This document shows, one piece after another, positions 1 to 8,296 of a stretch of 32,000 nucleotides of DNA (position 1 is the stretch's first letter; every line of letters starts with the position of its first letter). Location of the stretch: positions 30,001 to 62,000 of the forward strand of contig JBAZMW010000005.1 of assembly GCA_041649575.1 (NCBI GenBank), in the 5' to 3' direction. The notes under the pieces were generated by a model. The model searched no databases and had not been told where the DNA came from. It worked only from the letters and a program-made list of their open reading frames with translations. The position numbers were made by a program, and so were the translations under genes. This DNA is from Patescibacteria group bacterium. Lineage in GTDB: Bacteria > Patescibacteriota > Patescibacteriia > 2-01-FULL-39-33.

Positions 1-767
1 TGTCATTAATTTATTATTTAGGAGAACAAAAATACGGCCTGCAAAGTTATGGTATTAATAGCTATGAAGATTTATTAAAACATCCCCTTGGTGAATGGTT
101 GGATATTTTGCCAACAGCTAAAAAACAGGGTTACTTTAAGGGGATAGCAGAAAAAAGTTTAACTAATTTTTATAATCGGGCTTTGGTTTATATTAGTGGG
201 AAAGAGGTAATCTATAATAAGATAGATTTTCCATCGGGAAGCAAGGAAATACATTTTGATATTGAAGATGACCCAACGCAAGATATAGTTTATATGTTTG
301 GATTTTGGATTATAGATAATGGCAAGGGTTATTATCATGCTATTGTAGCTGAAAACATAAACGGAGAAGAAAAAGCCACTCGGGAATTGTGGGAGTTTTT
401 AAAAATAAACCAAGGTATTCCGATGTATCACTACTCCCATCATGAAAAAAGCACGTTGAGACGGTTGCAGGAAAAATATAGTTTAGACCCGTCTGTTTAT
501 GAGCAATTTTTAAATGACGCCTTTGATTTATATAGCGCAGTAACAAAAAATACCGATTTTCCTTTGACCAGCTATGGTCTCAAGGCAATTTGTAAACATC
601 TTGGATTTCATTGGAGTGCTGAGGACGCTGGCGGAGCCAATTCTATTGAGTGGTATTCAAAATACTTGGCGGGAGATAAATCAATGATGGATAAAATTTT
701 AAAATACAATGAGGAGGACTGTAAGGCGACCGCTTATTTAAAGGATTATTTAATTTATGCAAAGTAG
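1..767 (+). CDS. RecB-family / RNase H-fold nuclease, C-terminal part (5'-truncated by the window edge)
   Basis: Frame 3 is open from nt 3 to the TAG at 765-767, so the Met at 99 in the track is internal. It contains HFDIEDDP...VYMFGF (DxE exonuclease-like motif), YHYSHHEKS and a C-terminal KYNEEDCKATAYL. This matches the RNase_H_2/YprB-type domain at the C-terminus of TM0106-type RecB-like nucleases. Confidence 0.6.
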   Translation, partial: SLIYYLGEQKYGLQSYGINSYEDLLKHPLGEWLDILPTAKKQGYFKGIAEKSLTNFYNRALVYISGKEVIYNKIDFPSGSKEIHFDIEDDPTQDIVYMFGFWIIDNGKGYYHAIVAENINGEEKATRELWEFLKINQGIPMYHYSHHEKSTLRRLQEKYSLDPSVYEQFLNDAFDLYSAVTKNTDFPLTSYGLKAICKHLGFHWSAEDAGGANSIEWYSKYLAGDKSMMDKILKYNEEDCKATAYLKDYLIYAK

Positions 768-1044
768 ATTATCAAAAATTGAAAAAAGATTACTCGAAAT
801 TGATGAGGAAAAAGAGTTTGGAGTTTATAACTATGGCGAGAATTTAACTGGAAATTTTGATGATGAAATTGAGAAAAGCCGTATTTTACATTTTGATATA
901 GAGAAAAATAAGCTACAAATGGAAAGGCAATTTATACTTGACGGGAGGAACGGTTGGTGGTTTAGAATCGTCTGGGATATGGTAGTCCCTATAATTATTA
1001 CCCTTATAACAATATTTTGTTATTTAAAGTTTGGGATAAAATAA
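757..1044 (+). CDS. small hypothetical protein with a C-terminal transmembrane helix
   Basis: ATG at 757 overlaps the upstream stop by 11 nt (ATGCAAAGTAG), suggesting translational coupling. The N-terminus is an acidic coiled region and the C-terminus is hydrophobic (VWDMVVPIIITLITIFCYL). No recognisable domain. Confidence 0.45.
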   Translation: MQSRLSKIEKRLLEIDEEKEFGVYNYGENLTGNFDDEIEKSRILHFDIEKNKLQMERQFILDGRNGWWFRIVWDMVVPIIITLITIFCYLKFGIK

Positions 1045-1147
1045 TTTTTTTCCAAATTAAATTTTGCCATAGCCAATTAGGCCAAGATATTCAAACCATT
1101 TCTTAATATCATAAATAATCGGGTTTAAATTCTCAATACAGTAGTGT

Positions 1148-1193
1148 ACCAGTAAAACAAAAGCACCATAAGTCTGGTGTTTTTGTTTTTTTT
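1148..1193 (+). terminator. weak intrinsic terminator candidate after the 95-aa gene
   Basis: Short stem ACCAG(1148-1152)/CTGGT(1174-1178) followed by GTTTTTGTTTTTTTT. The stem is weak. Confidence 0.3.
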
Positions 1194-1213
1194 ATGTAAA
1201 AATTTTTATAGAA

Positions 1214-1250
1214 TAAAAAAAGAAAGTCCACGCGTGCTCATCGCGTGGAC
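1214..1250 (-). terminator. intrinsic terminator ending cassette 1
   Basis: Perfect 9-bp stem GTCCACGCG(1226-1234)/CGCGTGGAC(1242-1250) with a 7-nt loop. On the minus strand it is followed by TTTCTTTTTTTA and lies 23 nt past the stop at 1273. Confidence 0.7.
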
Positions 1251-1272
1251 CGGGTTGTTGTACATTCGGGGA

Positions 1273-1866
1273 TCAGGTCGGGATCTGAAAGCCTCCTCGC
1301 TGATTCCGTTTGATCCTTTTCGACCCAAGGAGCCTCTTTATGGCCGCCCTTATCTGCCGGTTGACCTTGACCGTCGACAGGCTTCTGTCGAACAGCCAAT
1401 GGGTGGTTCCCAGTTCGGCCAGATTGTCCAGCAGGTACTTGTCGTCGACAGGCAGATCAGTATCAACCGCCAAGGCCTCATTGATCGCCTCGATCACAGC
1501 CGCGTCGCAGTCCGCCTCGGTCTCAATGAATCGTCTCGATGGCGGTTTGGAGTCTGACGGCGGATTGGGCTCGGATTTCCTTGGTGGCTTGGACTTTCTC
1601 GGCGGCTTGGGATCTGACGGCGGATCGGGATCGGGCTCTGGCTCGGGATCGGGCTTGGCCCTTTTTCCTTTCTTGATCACGCCGTTTTCCAGATGCATCT
1701 CGCCGGCCGGCTCCATAAAACTGAAAAGAACCTGCCGTACTTGGTTTTCGACAATCGTCGATCCTATCGTGGACACGTCGTAGCCGTATGTTGCCGCGTT
1801 CTTGGATATTGCTTCAAGCAATTCCTCGAACGTCAGGTTCCAAACAAACTGCTCCTCGACAGCCAA
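1273..1866 (-). CDS. hypothetical protein with a central P/D/K/S-rich repetitive linker
   Basis: 197-aa ORF starting at TTG, preceded by GGAGAAGG 6 nt upstream. Two globular ends are joined by PDPEPEPDPDPPSDPKPPRKSKPPRKSEPNPPSDSKPP, encoded by imperfect 18-nt tandem repeats at about 1549-1660. No recognisable domain. Confidence 0.55.
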   Translation of the reverse strand: MAVEEQFVWNLTFEELLEAISKNAATYGYDVSTIGSTIVENQVRQVLFSFMEPAGEMHLENGVIKKGKRAKPDPEPEPDPDPPSDPKPPRKSKPPRKSEPNPPSDSKPPSRRFIETEADCDAAVIEAINEALAVDTDLPVDDKYLLDNLAELGTTHWLFDRSLSTVKVNRQIRAAIKRLLGSKRIKRNQRGGFQIPT

Positions 1867-1957
1867 GACCAGCCTTCTCCAGTCATCGGAGACTTTCCCT
1901 GGATCAGTGGAATTCCTCGGCGTTTTCAGCCGGATGCTCCTGTCTCTCTCGCCCTTT

Positions 1958-2491
1958 TTAGGGGCGGCTACGAAAGGGGCGAGCGATTCCTCCTTCGACC
2001 ATGATTTTCATGGTCTCGCTCTTCTTAAGAGCTGTCAGGGCCGCGTCGAGACGACTCATGCACTTCGAAAATACCGCATCGTCGTCGTTCATTGCTGCGT
2101 TCTTGTGCCACCACTTGGCCAGGGCCTGACGGGTGTTCGTCGTGTCGTTGCCGCCGCAGATATGCTCGTAGAGCAGCCTGGACTTCTTTCCGTATTCGCT
2201 CTTTCCGCCCCCGGCCGTTGCAGCCTTCACCGACTTGGCCGGCCGACCGCGCTCACGCGGCGCTTTGGCCGCGGCTGCCTTCTGCGCCGGCCGTCCGTTT
2301 CTGAGGCCATGCAAGGAGTCAAGCAACTCTTGCAGCCGCTGATCCAGAAAGTCAAGAAGCCTACTCTTCCAATCATCCACGAGTTTCGAAGCCTCTTCGT
2401 CGGAAAGCAGCCTCTCGAGCAGACGAGCAGATCCCTCTATGTCAGCATCAGGATCGCCTGCCAGAATCCCCAACAACAGATTTCGCGCCAT
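1958..2491 (-). CDS. hypothetical protein (A/K/R-rich middle region)
   Basis: The track starts at GTG 2500, but GAGGAGG abuts that GTG directly and lies about 9 nt before the ATG at 2491 (MARNLLL...). I therefore take ATG 2491 as the start. No recognisable domain. Confidence 0.55.
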   Translation of the reverse strand: MARNLLLGILAGDPDADIEGSARLLERLLSDEEASKLVDDWKSRLLDFLDQRLQELLDSLHGLRNGRPAQKAAAAKAPRERGRPAKSVKAATAGGGKSEYGKKSRLLYEHICGGNDTTNTRQALAKWWHKNAAMNDDDAVFSKCMSRLDAALTALKKSETMKIMVEGGIARPFRSRP

Positions 2492-2565
2492 GGTTTTCAC
2501 CCTCCTCGCTAAATGTTCCGATATTTGTCTGTCTCACAGGGTGGCCGCTTAGCCATCCATGCCTT

Positions 2566-2596
2566 ATTCTTACACCAGATCATACATTTTAGTCAA
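2566..2596 (-). promoter_or_regulatory. candidate promoter for the 1958-2491 / 1273-1866 unit
   Basis: Minus strand reads TTGACT (2591-2596), 18 nt, TAAGAA(T) (2566-2572). The -10 is weak. Confidence 0.3.
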
Positions 2597-2672
2597 CAAA
2601 CCAGTTTTTGGCGGTTTTTACAAAAGTAGCCGGTAATTGCGATAAAATAATATAAGCCGGCTAGCGGCGGCG

Positions 2673-2714
2673 AAAAAATAGAATAAAAACAGAGCACGTC
2701 TCGCGACATGCTCT
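2673..2714 (-). terminator. intrinsic terminator after the 357-aa gene
   Basis: Hairpin AGAGCAcGTC-TCGC-GACaTGCTCT (2691-2714). On the minus strand it is followed by a GTTTTTATTCTATTTTTT run and lies 38 nt past the stop at 2752. Confidence 0.6.
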
Positions 2715-2751
2715 ATAGAATACAGAACGCTGAATGTACGACCAGCCCTTC

Positions 2752-3825
2752 TCACTGGATTGGTTGCACTGGTGGTGTCGGTGTTGGCGTCTCCTTGGCC
2801 TCCTTTGTTTCCCTGGTTACCCTCGGAATGAACAGGGGCATCACCGCTTCCCCTGCCGTTGACGAGACTCTGTCCTCGGAGACTTCTGCGCCGTACTGGC
2901 CGACAGACCCGTACTTCAGGCACTTACTGCTGTAGAGCGGGTTCTCGCAACGATAGGCGCCGATTTCCATGGGAGAACCGCCAGTAGCCAGCCGCATACA
3001 CAGATCGATGAACATCAGTTCGGGGAGCGTGGCGAATCTCACCGTCAAGTCTCGATGCAAGCGTTGCAGGTGCAGGAGTTCGAGCTGCTGTTCCTGCCAG
3101 GTGAGGCCTTCCAGCCAAAGGCTCTTGCCCTCATGACAAGCAGCCCAGGTGGGTATGGGCGCGAAGGCGTAGAAGTCTTCCAGCGGCCACTTATTACATG
3201 CCTCGGCGAATAATGTCGGAATGTCGGGGTTCTGCGGGTCGAACTGACGTAGCGCTGGCTGGAAGCCGAAGAATTGCTGGTTCAGTTCACTCTTGGAGAA
3301 GTCCGCTCCCCGTAAGAAGGCCACGGGCACCAGACCAGGGTGGATCCCGAGATATCTGCCGTCCGCCCAGCTTCCCTCCAGTTTACCTAGGCGCTTCGCC
3401 CAATAAATGGCACAATTGGGAAGGTCGTGGTTGTGACGAATCTTGCGTCTCACTCTGACCATCAGGGCCAGGGCCCCCAGAACCACGTGTGACCGGCTGA
3501 ATGGTTCGGGCAGAAAGGTCGCCGCGGTCATTTGACTCCGATACATGTGCAGCATGTGCTGCAACATTCGGAAACTCAAGGCGTCGGTGGTGGTGAGCTC
3601 GATCATTTGGGCAAAGAGGCCGGTGATCCAGTTGAGGTGCTCGAGTTCTTTCTTGTCCGGTTCTGGGTGTTCCTCGGCAAACTTCCCTAGGCTCTTCAGG
3701 ACAGGAGCTACCATCCTGATTTGCCCGTCCGTAAGCGACAGAAAGTTCAGCAGCAATTGCGCTAGCTGTCCTTGATCGCGAACGGCAGTTAATGCCGTCT
3801 TTAGCTCGTTTCTGACTTCTGTCAT
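2752..3825 (-). CDS. hypothetical protein, 357 aa, no recognisable domain
   Basis: ATG at 3825 with GGAGGAG 7 nt upstream. AAG-preferring codon usage. C-terminal T/P/E/K-rich tail. Confidence 0.65.
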   Translation of the reverse strand: MTEVRNELKTALTAVRDQGQLAQLLLNFLSLTDGQIRMVAPVLKSLGKFAEEHPEPDKKELEHLNWITGLFAQMIELTTTDALSFRMLQHMLHMYRSQMTAATFLPEPFSRSHVVLGALALMVRVRRKIRHNHDLPNCAIYWAKRLGKLEGSWADGRYLGIHPGLVPVAFLRGADFSKSELNQQFFGFQPALRQFDPQNPDIPTLFAEACNKWPLEDFYAFAPIPTWAACHEGKSLWLEGLTWQEQQLELLHLQRLHRDLTVRFATLPELMFIDLCMRLATGGSPMEIGAYRCENPLYSSKCLKYGSVGQYGAEVSEDRVSSTAGEAVMPLFIPRVTRETKEAKETPTPTPPVQPIQ

Positions 3826-3872
3826 TGATCCGCTCCTCCATTGTTGGCGGCTCCATCAAAGGTACTTAATTG

Positions 3873-3902
3873 ATTTTTAGCACGTTATTATTTAAAGGTC
3901 AA
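3873..3902 (-). promoter_or_regulatory. candidate promoter of the 357-aa gene
   Basis: Minus strand reads TTGACC (3897-3902), 17 nt, TAAAAA (3874-3879), about 45 nt upstream of the ATG. Confidence 0.4.
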
Positions 3903-3950
3903 ACAGGATTAAAAATAAGTCATCGGTTGGGTAGTAAAAAGTTATTCCCA

Positions 3951-3985
3951 AAAAATCGCCTTTCTTGGAGAGGGCGATTTTTTGG
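3951..3985. terminator. A/T-flanked hairpin, bidirectional terminator-like insulator
   Basis: AAAAATCGCC(3951-3960)...GGCGATTTTT(3973-3982) with a 12-nt loop. It sits between the cassette 1 promoter and the 4066 gene. No obvious gene ends here. Confidence 0.35.
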
Positions 3986-4065
3986 TTTGGGCGATTATAG
4001 GTTATTTCTAATAATATTCAAAAATAGACTTTATTAAAATTGATTTTTTGTTATACTAAAGGCAG

Positions 4066-6348
4066 ATGAAAAATTCAATATTTAAATCATTTTTAATTCA
4101 ATTATCAAAAAATATGAAAAAAAACGGCTCAAAAATTCTCTTTTTCACCCTGATTTTTTTGGCTTTGATTGTCTCTGGCTGCGGCGCCAAAAAATCAGCC
4201 GACCAATCAGAGAAGATAAATGTAAATGAGATTAAGGATCAGCAAGTCAAAGAAATGGTGCAAGCTTTCAAGCCGGAGGAACCTTATCAGGAAACCAGCG
4301 CGGATAAAATCCAAGCCGCTTTAAGCCAGGGAAAAATTACCGAAGAGCAAAGTATAATTTATCAAGTAATTGTCCTAAGCGATCAGACCAAGCTGCCCCA
4401 AGAATTCCAAGGCGCTTCGGTTTCCGGCGATGACGCGTATCTTTTTGGTTTGATAAACGAAAAATGGGATTCATTTTCCCAAAGTACTAAAGACGCTTTG
4501 CTGCCATATCTCTTGCCGCCGGACGACCCGAAAAGTTTTTACAACCCGAGCTTAAATACTGATGAGGAAAAAAATATCTGGGATAAGATTCTTTCAATCA
4601 AACCGGCCGGCGCAGCAACGCCGACTGTTTGGGTTGAGTCCAAGCCTTTGCCGCAAGTCAGCGTTTACTACGATAAATCGCGCGAACAGCAGGATTACCA
4701 AAATAATGTCTGGGCCCAAACCGCGGCTGTTGACTCGGTGCCAAAATTTTCCGACTTGCTGGGCATTGATCTGACTGATAAAAAAATCAACATTTATCTA
4801 AACAGCCGCGGCCTTTCTGGCTACGGCCAAGCCTCTTTAAATCCGGTTTCCAACAAGATTTGCGTAGTGAGAGTCAAAACCGGGCTGAACGAAAAAATGA
4901 CCAAAGCCACTGTGGCCCACGAAGCTTTCCATTGTTATCAATTTTTTTACGGCTTCAAATATGAATTGGATATGAAATGGCTGATGGAAGCCACCGCCAC
5001 CTGGGCCGAAGACTTTGTTTATCATAACTACAACACCGAGCATGAATATGACTCTGATTTTTTTAATCATACCAACTGGGACCTGACCAGCACCAAAGGC
5101 GCTCACGAATACGGCTCCTATCTTTGGTTTTATTATCTGACCGAAAAAGCCGGCGGTGGCGCCCAGGATATTGCTTTGGCGCTGGCCAAGGCCAAACAAA
5201 CCAATGCCGCCCGCCAGGCCCTAAAATCTCGGCCGGCTTTCAACGATGAATTCAAAGAATTTTCTTTTTGGAACTGGAATCAGGTGCCATTTATCAATCA
5301 CACCGATTCGCCGCAATTTCCGGCCATTACTCCCGGCGGCAATTCTATCAAGACGATACCCTTGCAATCAGCGGGCGACAAAACCGAGCCGGTCAGCCTG
5401 GAAAGAGGCGGGGCCAAATATTATTTTTACTATCTGGCCAATGACAACATTAAAAAATTGACTTTTGATGTTAAGGCTTTTGAGCCTAACGAAAACGGCC
5501 CCAAAGGCTTGCAAGCTCTGGTTAAGATTGGCGACAACTGGTATTACGAAGACTGGTCAAATTTGCAAGAGCGGACTTTCTGCCGCGATCTTGATGATGA
5601 AAACATCACGGCCGCGGTTTTGATTACTACCAACTCGGATATTATTAATACGGCGAGTGGCAATCTAAAAGTTAAGGCGGAGAAAAAATGCGGCCCGGGC
5701 TGGATTGGCACGGTGCGGGTCAGCTGGCAAGGGGAGTACCAGGATTATGGCAAGGCCAGCGGTAATGTAAAAACCGGCGGTTCTTATTCTATTCACGAAG
5801 AACTGGAATATGACCCGGAAGATGACGAGCTACTGGTAAAAAAACACAATTTTACCTTTAACGAAAAATACAACAAAACCTATCAAGGCGGCCGGGGCGG
5901 CTGTGGCGTGATTTTTGACAACTCGCGCAGCACTGCCAGCGGCAACGGCAATTATGTTTATGATCTGAAGAACGAGGAGCAGCAGAGCGCCAGAATTTAC
6001 GGCAAGACTCACGCCGAAGACCTGACCGGCAAAATCGGCGGTCAATATGAAATCGGTTTTGATATTAAGCCCGATCCCAATCCGGCGACAGCCGAAAGAC
6101 AATTCAAGACCACCAGCTACTGGCAGTATTTGGAAAAAAATTGTTCGTTTATTCTGCCGCTACAAAACGCTTGGGGCGGCTATCAGGAAAGCAGTGAAAC
6201 CAAATATTCTGCCAGCCATCCTTACGCTCCAAACTCGATTGAAATTATCATCAAGCCCGATGACCGGACAATAAAAGGCCAGGCGACTTATCAGCCGGGA
6301 GATAATATTAAAGGTACGATTGATTGGGAATATAGGAAGATGGATTGA
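4066..6348 (+). CDS. secreted lipoprotein, putative gluzincin-type zinc metallopeptidase (peptidase MA-like)
   Basis: Signal/lipobox LALIVSGC after a KK n-region; an alternative start is Met17 at 4114. HEAFH (HExxH) is followed by WLMEATATWAED, a candidate third-ligand Glu. It is a clear paralog of 8297-10486, with shared blocks in the same order. Confidence 0.75.
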   Translation: MKNSIFKSFLIQLSKNMKKNGSKILFFTLIFLALIVSGCGAKKSADQSEKINVNEIKDQQVKEMVQAFKPEEPYQETSADKIQAALSQGKITEEQSIIYQVIVLSDQTKLPQEFQGASVSGDDAYLFGLINEKWDSFSQSTKDALLPYLLPPDDPKSFYNPSLNTDEEKNIWDKILSIKPAGAATPTVWVESKPLPQVSVYYDKSREQQDYQNNVWAQTAAVDSVPKFSDLLGIDLTDKKINIYLNSRGLSGYGQASLNPVSNKICVVRVKTGLNEKMTKATVAHEAFHCYQFFYGFKYELDMKWLMEATATWAEDFVYHNYNTEHEYDSDFFNHTNWDLTSTKGAHEYGSYLWFYYLTEKAGGGAQDIALALAKAKQTNAARQALKSRPAFNDEFKEFSFWNWNQVPFINHTDSPQFPAITPGGNSIKTIPLQSAGDKTEPVSLERGGAKYYFYYLANDNIKKLTFDVKAFEPNENGPKGLQALVKIGDNWYYEDWSNLQERTFCRDLDDENITAAVLITTNSDIINTASGNLKVKAEKKCGPGWIGTVRVSWQGEYQDYGKASGNVKTGGSYSIHEELEYDPEDDELLVKKHNFTFNEKYNKTYQGGRGGCGVIFDNSRSTASGNGNYVYDLKNEEQQSARIYGKTHAEDLTGKIGGQYEIGFDIKPDPNPATAERQFKTTSYWQYLEKNCSFILPLQNAWGGYQESSETKYSASHPYAPNSIEIIIKPDDRTIKGQATYQPGDNIKGTIDWEYRKMD

Positions 6349-6396
6349 TAAAAAAATAACATAGCATTTTTTAGCGCTTAAGTTAAATTCAGAACC

Positions 6397-7935
6397 ATGA
6401 ATGGAAACCAAACAATTATCATAAGTTATTTCGACCCTTCTTTGAAAGAAGAAGTGGATTCATTTGAGCAAAGATTAAAGAAACGTAAGATTTCTCTAAT
6501 CAAAACAAACCAAGGTATCCTGGAATCTAAAATTTTTTCTGGTGCGCCCTTACAACCTAAGGAAATTTTTGACCACACCCAGTATGCTGCTACTTTTGTG
6601 TTAGAATTCATTAAACTGTGTTTTAGTATTGGCGGTTTCTTGTCACTAACTTCTCAACTTATTAAGTTTATAAAGGGAATAAAACTTAAATCCAATAAAG
6701 ACGTTTTATTAATGAGTGAAATTGAAAGGGAAAAAAATTTCCCACTTAACATTTATTTTGCAATAAATAATAAAATAGCTGATAACAAAATTTTAGATGC
6801 TTTAAAAAAAATCCCCCTAACAATCAGTTTATTTAAAAATAATTTAAGTCGTTACAAAGATAGTGAAATTTTGGTTGTCTCTTATAATGAAAACCAAAAG
6901 TGCTGGGATTTAGAGAATCTAAAAGGATATAAACACAACCGCGGGCTATCTTGTTGGCGAGCGAATAGAACGATAAAAGGCCATGGGTTGGCAAGTAAAA
7001 AAGATGTTCCTGACAAACAATATCAAAATTTGTGGGAAATGCTTAATGATCCAATATCAGAAAAAGCCAAAACTAATGCCTTGAAATTTAAGGCTTCATA
7101 TTATCAGAGATTGTATACAATTCAGGACATTAAAATGGCTTTATCTGTTTGTCCTGTTACGATTAGTGTTGACATATTTAAAAGTTTTATGAATGCAAAA
7201 AATGGTATAGTGACTTTACCAAATATAAATGAAAAGAGAATCAGTGGCCATTCGGTGTTAATATGTGGATTTAATGATGATAAAAAAGTTTTTATTATTA
7301 ACAATGGTAGTTGGGGTAGAAAATGGGGTAATAATGGGCTTGGGTGTCTCCCGTTTTCTTATATTGAAAAGTATCTTATTGAAGCTTGGGGAATGCAATT
7401 ATTATTGGCTAACTTGATTAAACTTTCAATAAAAAATTTCTTTAAACTAAAATTTTTGAAAAGTTGTTTTGCCGACAGAAAAAATAAAGGAATATTAGAA
7501 AATGGTTTTATTAAAGATAAAAGGAATCTTACTATCAAGTATGAGGTTAAAAATGTTCAACCAATCGCTTTTTCAAGGGGTTCTTTTTTTATAATTAATA
7601 TATTTGATAACAAGGTAAAAGAAAAATATGGTGGATGGTCTCATTTCAGTTATGACTCCCAAAAAAGAATAATTGAGATCGAGGAATTACTAATTTCAGA
7701 AGAAAATAGAGGCTACGGCTGGGGCTCTGAAGCTATAAAAATAGTAGAAGAATATGCTAAAAAATGGCAAGTGGAAAAAATTATTGGCTGGGTGTCTATT
7801 GAAGATGCCTATAATGAAATTCAAAAAAATCTAATAGAAAAATTTTTTAAGCAAAATAATTATAGTTGCATTGATGATAACTTAAAATTTAGAGGTTGTC
7901 TTTTTAGATTTGAAAAATATTTATTAATCCAATAG
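6397..7935 (+). CDS. papain-like (C1) cysteine peptidase domain fused to a C-terminal GNAT acetyltransferase-like domain
   Basis: GLSCWRAN (catalytic Cys context like CGSCW), SGHSVLICGF (His) and NNGSWGRKWGNNGLG (NSWGxxWGxxG). The C-terminal ENRGYGWGSEAIKIVEEYAKK resembles GNAT motif A. The N-terminal 170 aa are unknown and include one hydrophobic helix. The gene is very AT-rich: two hand-counted 60-nt lines gave 19/60 and 13/60 G+C. Confidence 0.7.
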   Translation: MNGNQTIIISYFDPSLKEEVDSFEQRLKKRKISLIKTNQGILESKIFSGAPLQPKEIFDHTQYAATFVLEFIKLCFSIGGFLSLTSQLIKFIKGIKLKSNKDVLLMSEIEREKNFPLNIYFAINNKIADNKILDALKKIPLTISLFKNNLSRYKDSEILVVSYNENQKCWDLENLKGYKHNRGLSCWRANRTIKGHGLASKKDVPDKQYQNLWEMLNDPISEKAKTNALKFKASYYQRLYTIQDIKMALSVCPVTISVDIFKSFMNAKNGIVTLPNINEKRISGHSVLICGFNDDKKVFIINNGSWGRKWGNNGLGCLPFSYIEKYLIEAWGMQLLLANLIKLSIKNFFKLKFLKSCFADRKNKGILENGFIKDKRNLTIKYEVKNVQPIAFSRGSFFIINIFDNKVKEKYGGWSHFSYDSQKRIIEIEELLISEENRGYGWGSEAIKIVEEYAKKWQVEKIIGWVSIEDAYNEIQKNLIEKFFKQNNYSCIDDNLKFRGCLFRFEKYLLIQ

Positions 7936-8119
7936 TTTGTTCTAATATAATTACCAACCGTTAAATTAGGCGGCAGTTCGACTTTAGTCGGCTTTCAATG
8001 CCCACTAAAGTGCGATTACTAAATTTTTTTATCGTCCAACCCCGCCTCTTCAACGCCGCTTGGGGCGGGGCAAGAAGGCGGCATGTCCGGCAGATATCGT
8101 TCTGGCGGTTTTTATTAAT

Positions 8120-8218
8120 GTCATTGCGAGGAGTTCCGTCGTTTATAAACGACGGAACGACGAAGCAATCCAGTAGCCTGAAGAGATTGCTTCGCTCCCT
8201 TTGGTCGCTCGCAATGAC
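8120..8218. repeat. nested palindromic intergenic repeat element
   Basis: Outer inverted repeat GTCATTGCGAG(8120-8130)/CTCGCAATGAC(8208-8218) encloses two hairpins. These are GTTCCGTCGTTTATAAACGACGGAAC (8133-8158) and GAAGCAATC...GATTGCTTC (8162-8193). Confidence 0.7.
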
Positions 8219-8296
8219 AAAAGAAAAGAATGGTCAATCATAATGACATTGGTAATAAGTTTTGCTATAATAAGGCCATAATAAATAAGACAAAAT

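Noticed and set aside
1141-1150. Shared 10-mer GTAGTGTACC at 1141-1150 and 28891-28900 as a meaningful repeat linking cassette edges
   Set aside because: Many chance 10-mer matches are expected within 32 kb on two strands, and there is no extended similarity on either side.
2492-2500. GTG start at 2500; likewise TTG starts at 10701 (tsaD) and 18735 (pgsA-like)
   Set aside because: In each case a nearby downstream ATG gives better SD spacing (2491), the canonical family N-terminus (10710, MKILAIETSCDETS), or a simple ATG two codons in (18741).
3370-3420. RHNHD string in the 357-aa protein as an HNH nuclease motif
   Set aside because: It is an isolated pentapeptide without the surrounding Cys/His zinc-finger or beta-beta-alpha context of HNH domains.
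1177-3859. Long alternative-frame ORFs in cassette 1 (1177-1557, 1310-1783, 1693-2004, 1802-2512, 2092-2304, 2618-2923, 2708-2935, 2924-3118, 3198-3458, 3383-3859, 3545-3775)
   Set aside because: They overlap, antisense or out of frame, the three minus-strand genes that have SD sites, promoters and terminators. Their translations are low-complexity R/S/P/G strings typical of spurious ORFs in GC-rich DNA, and none has an SD.
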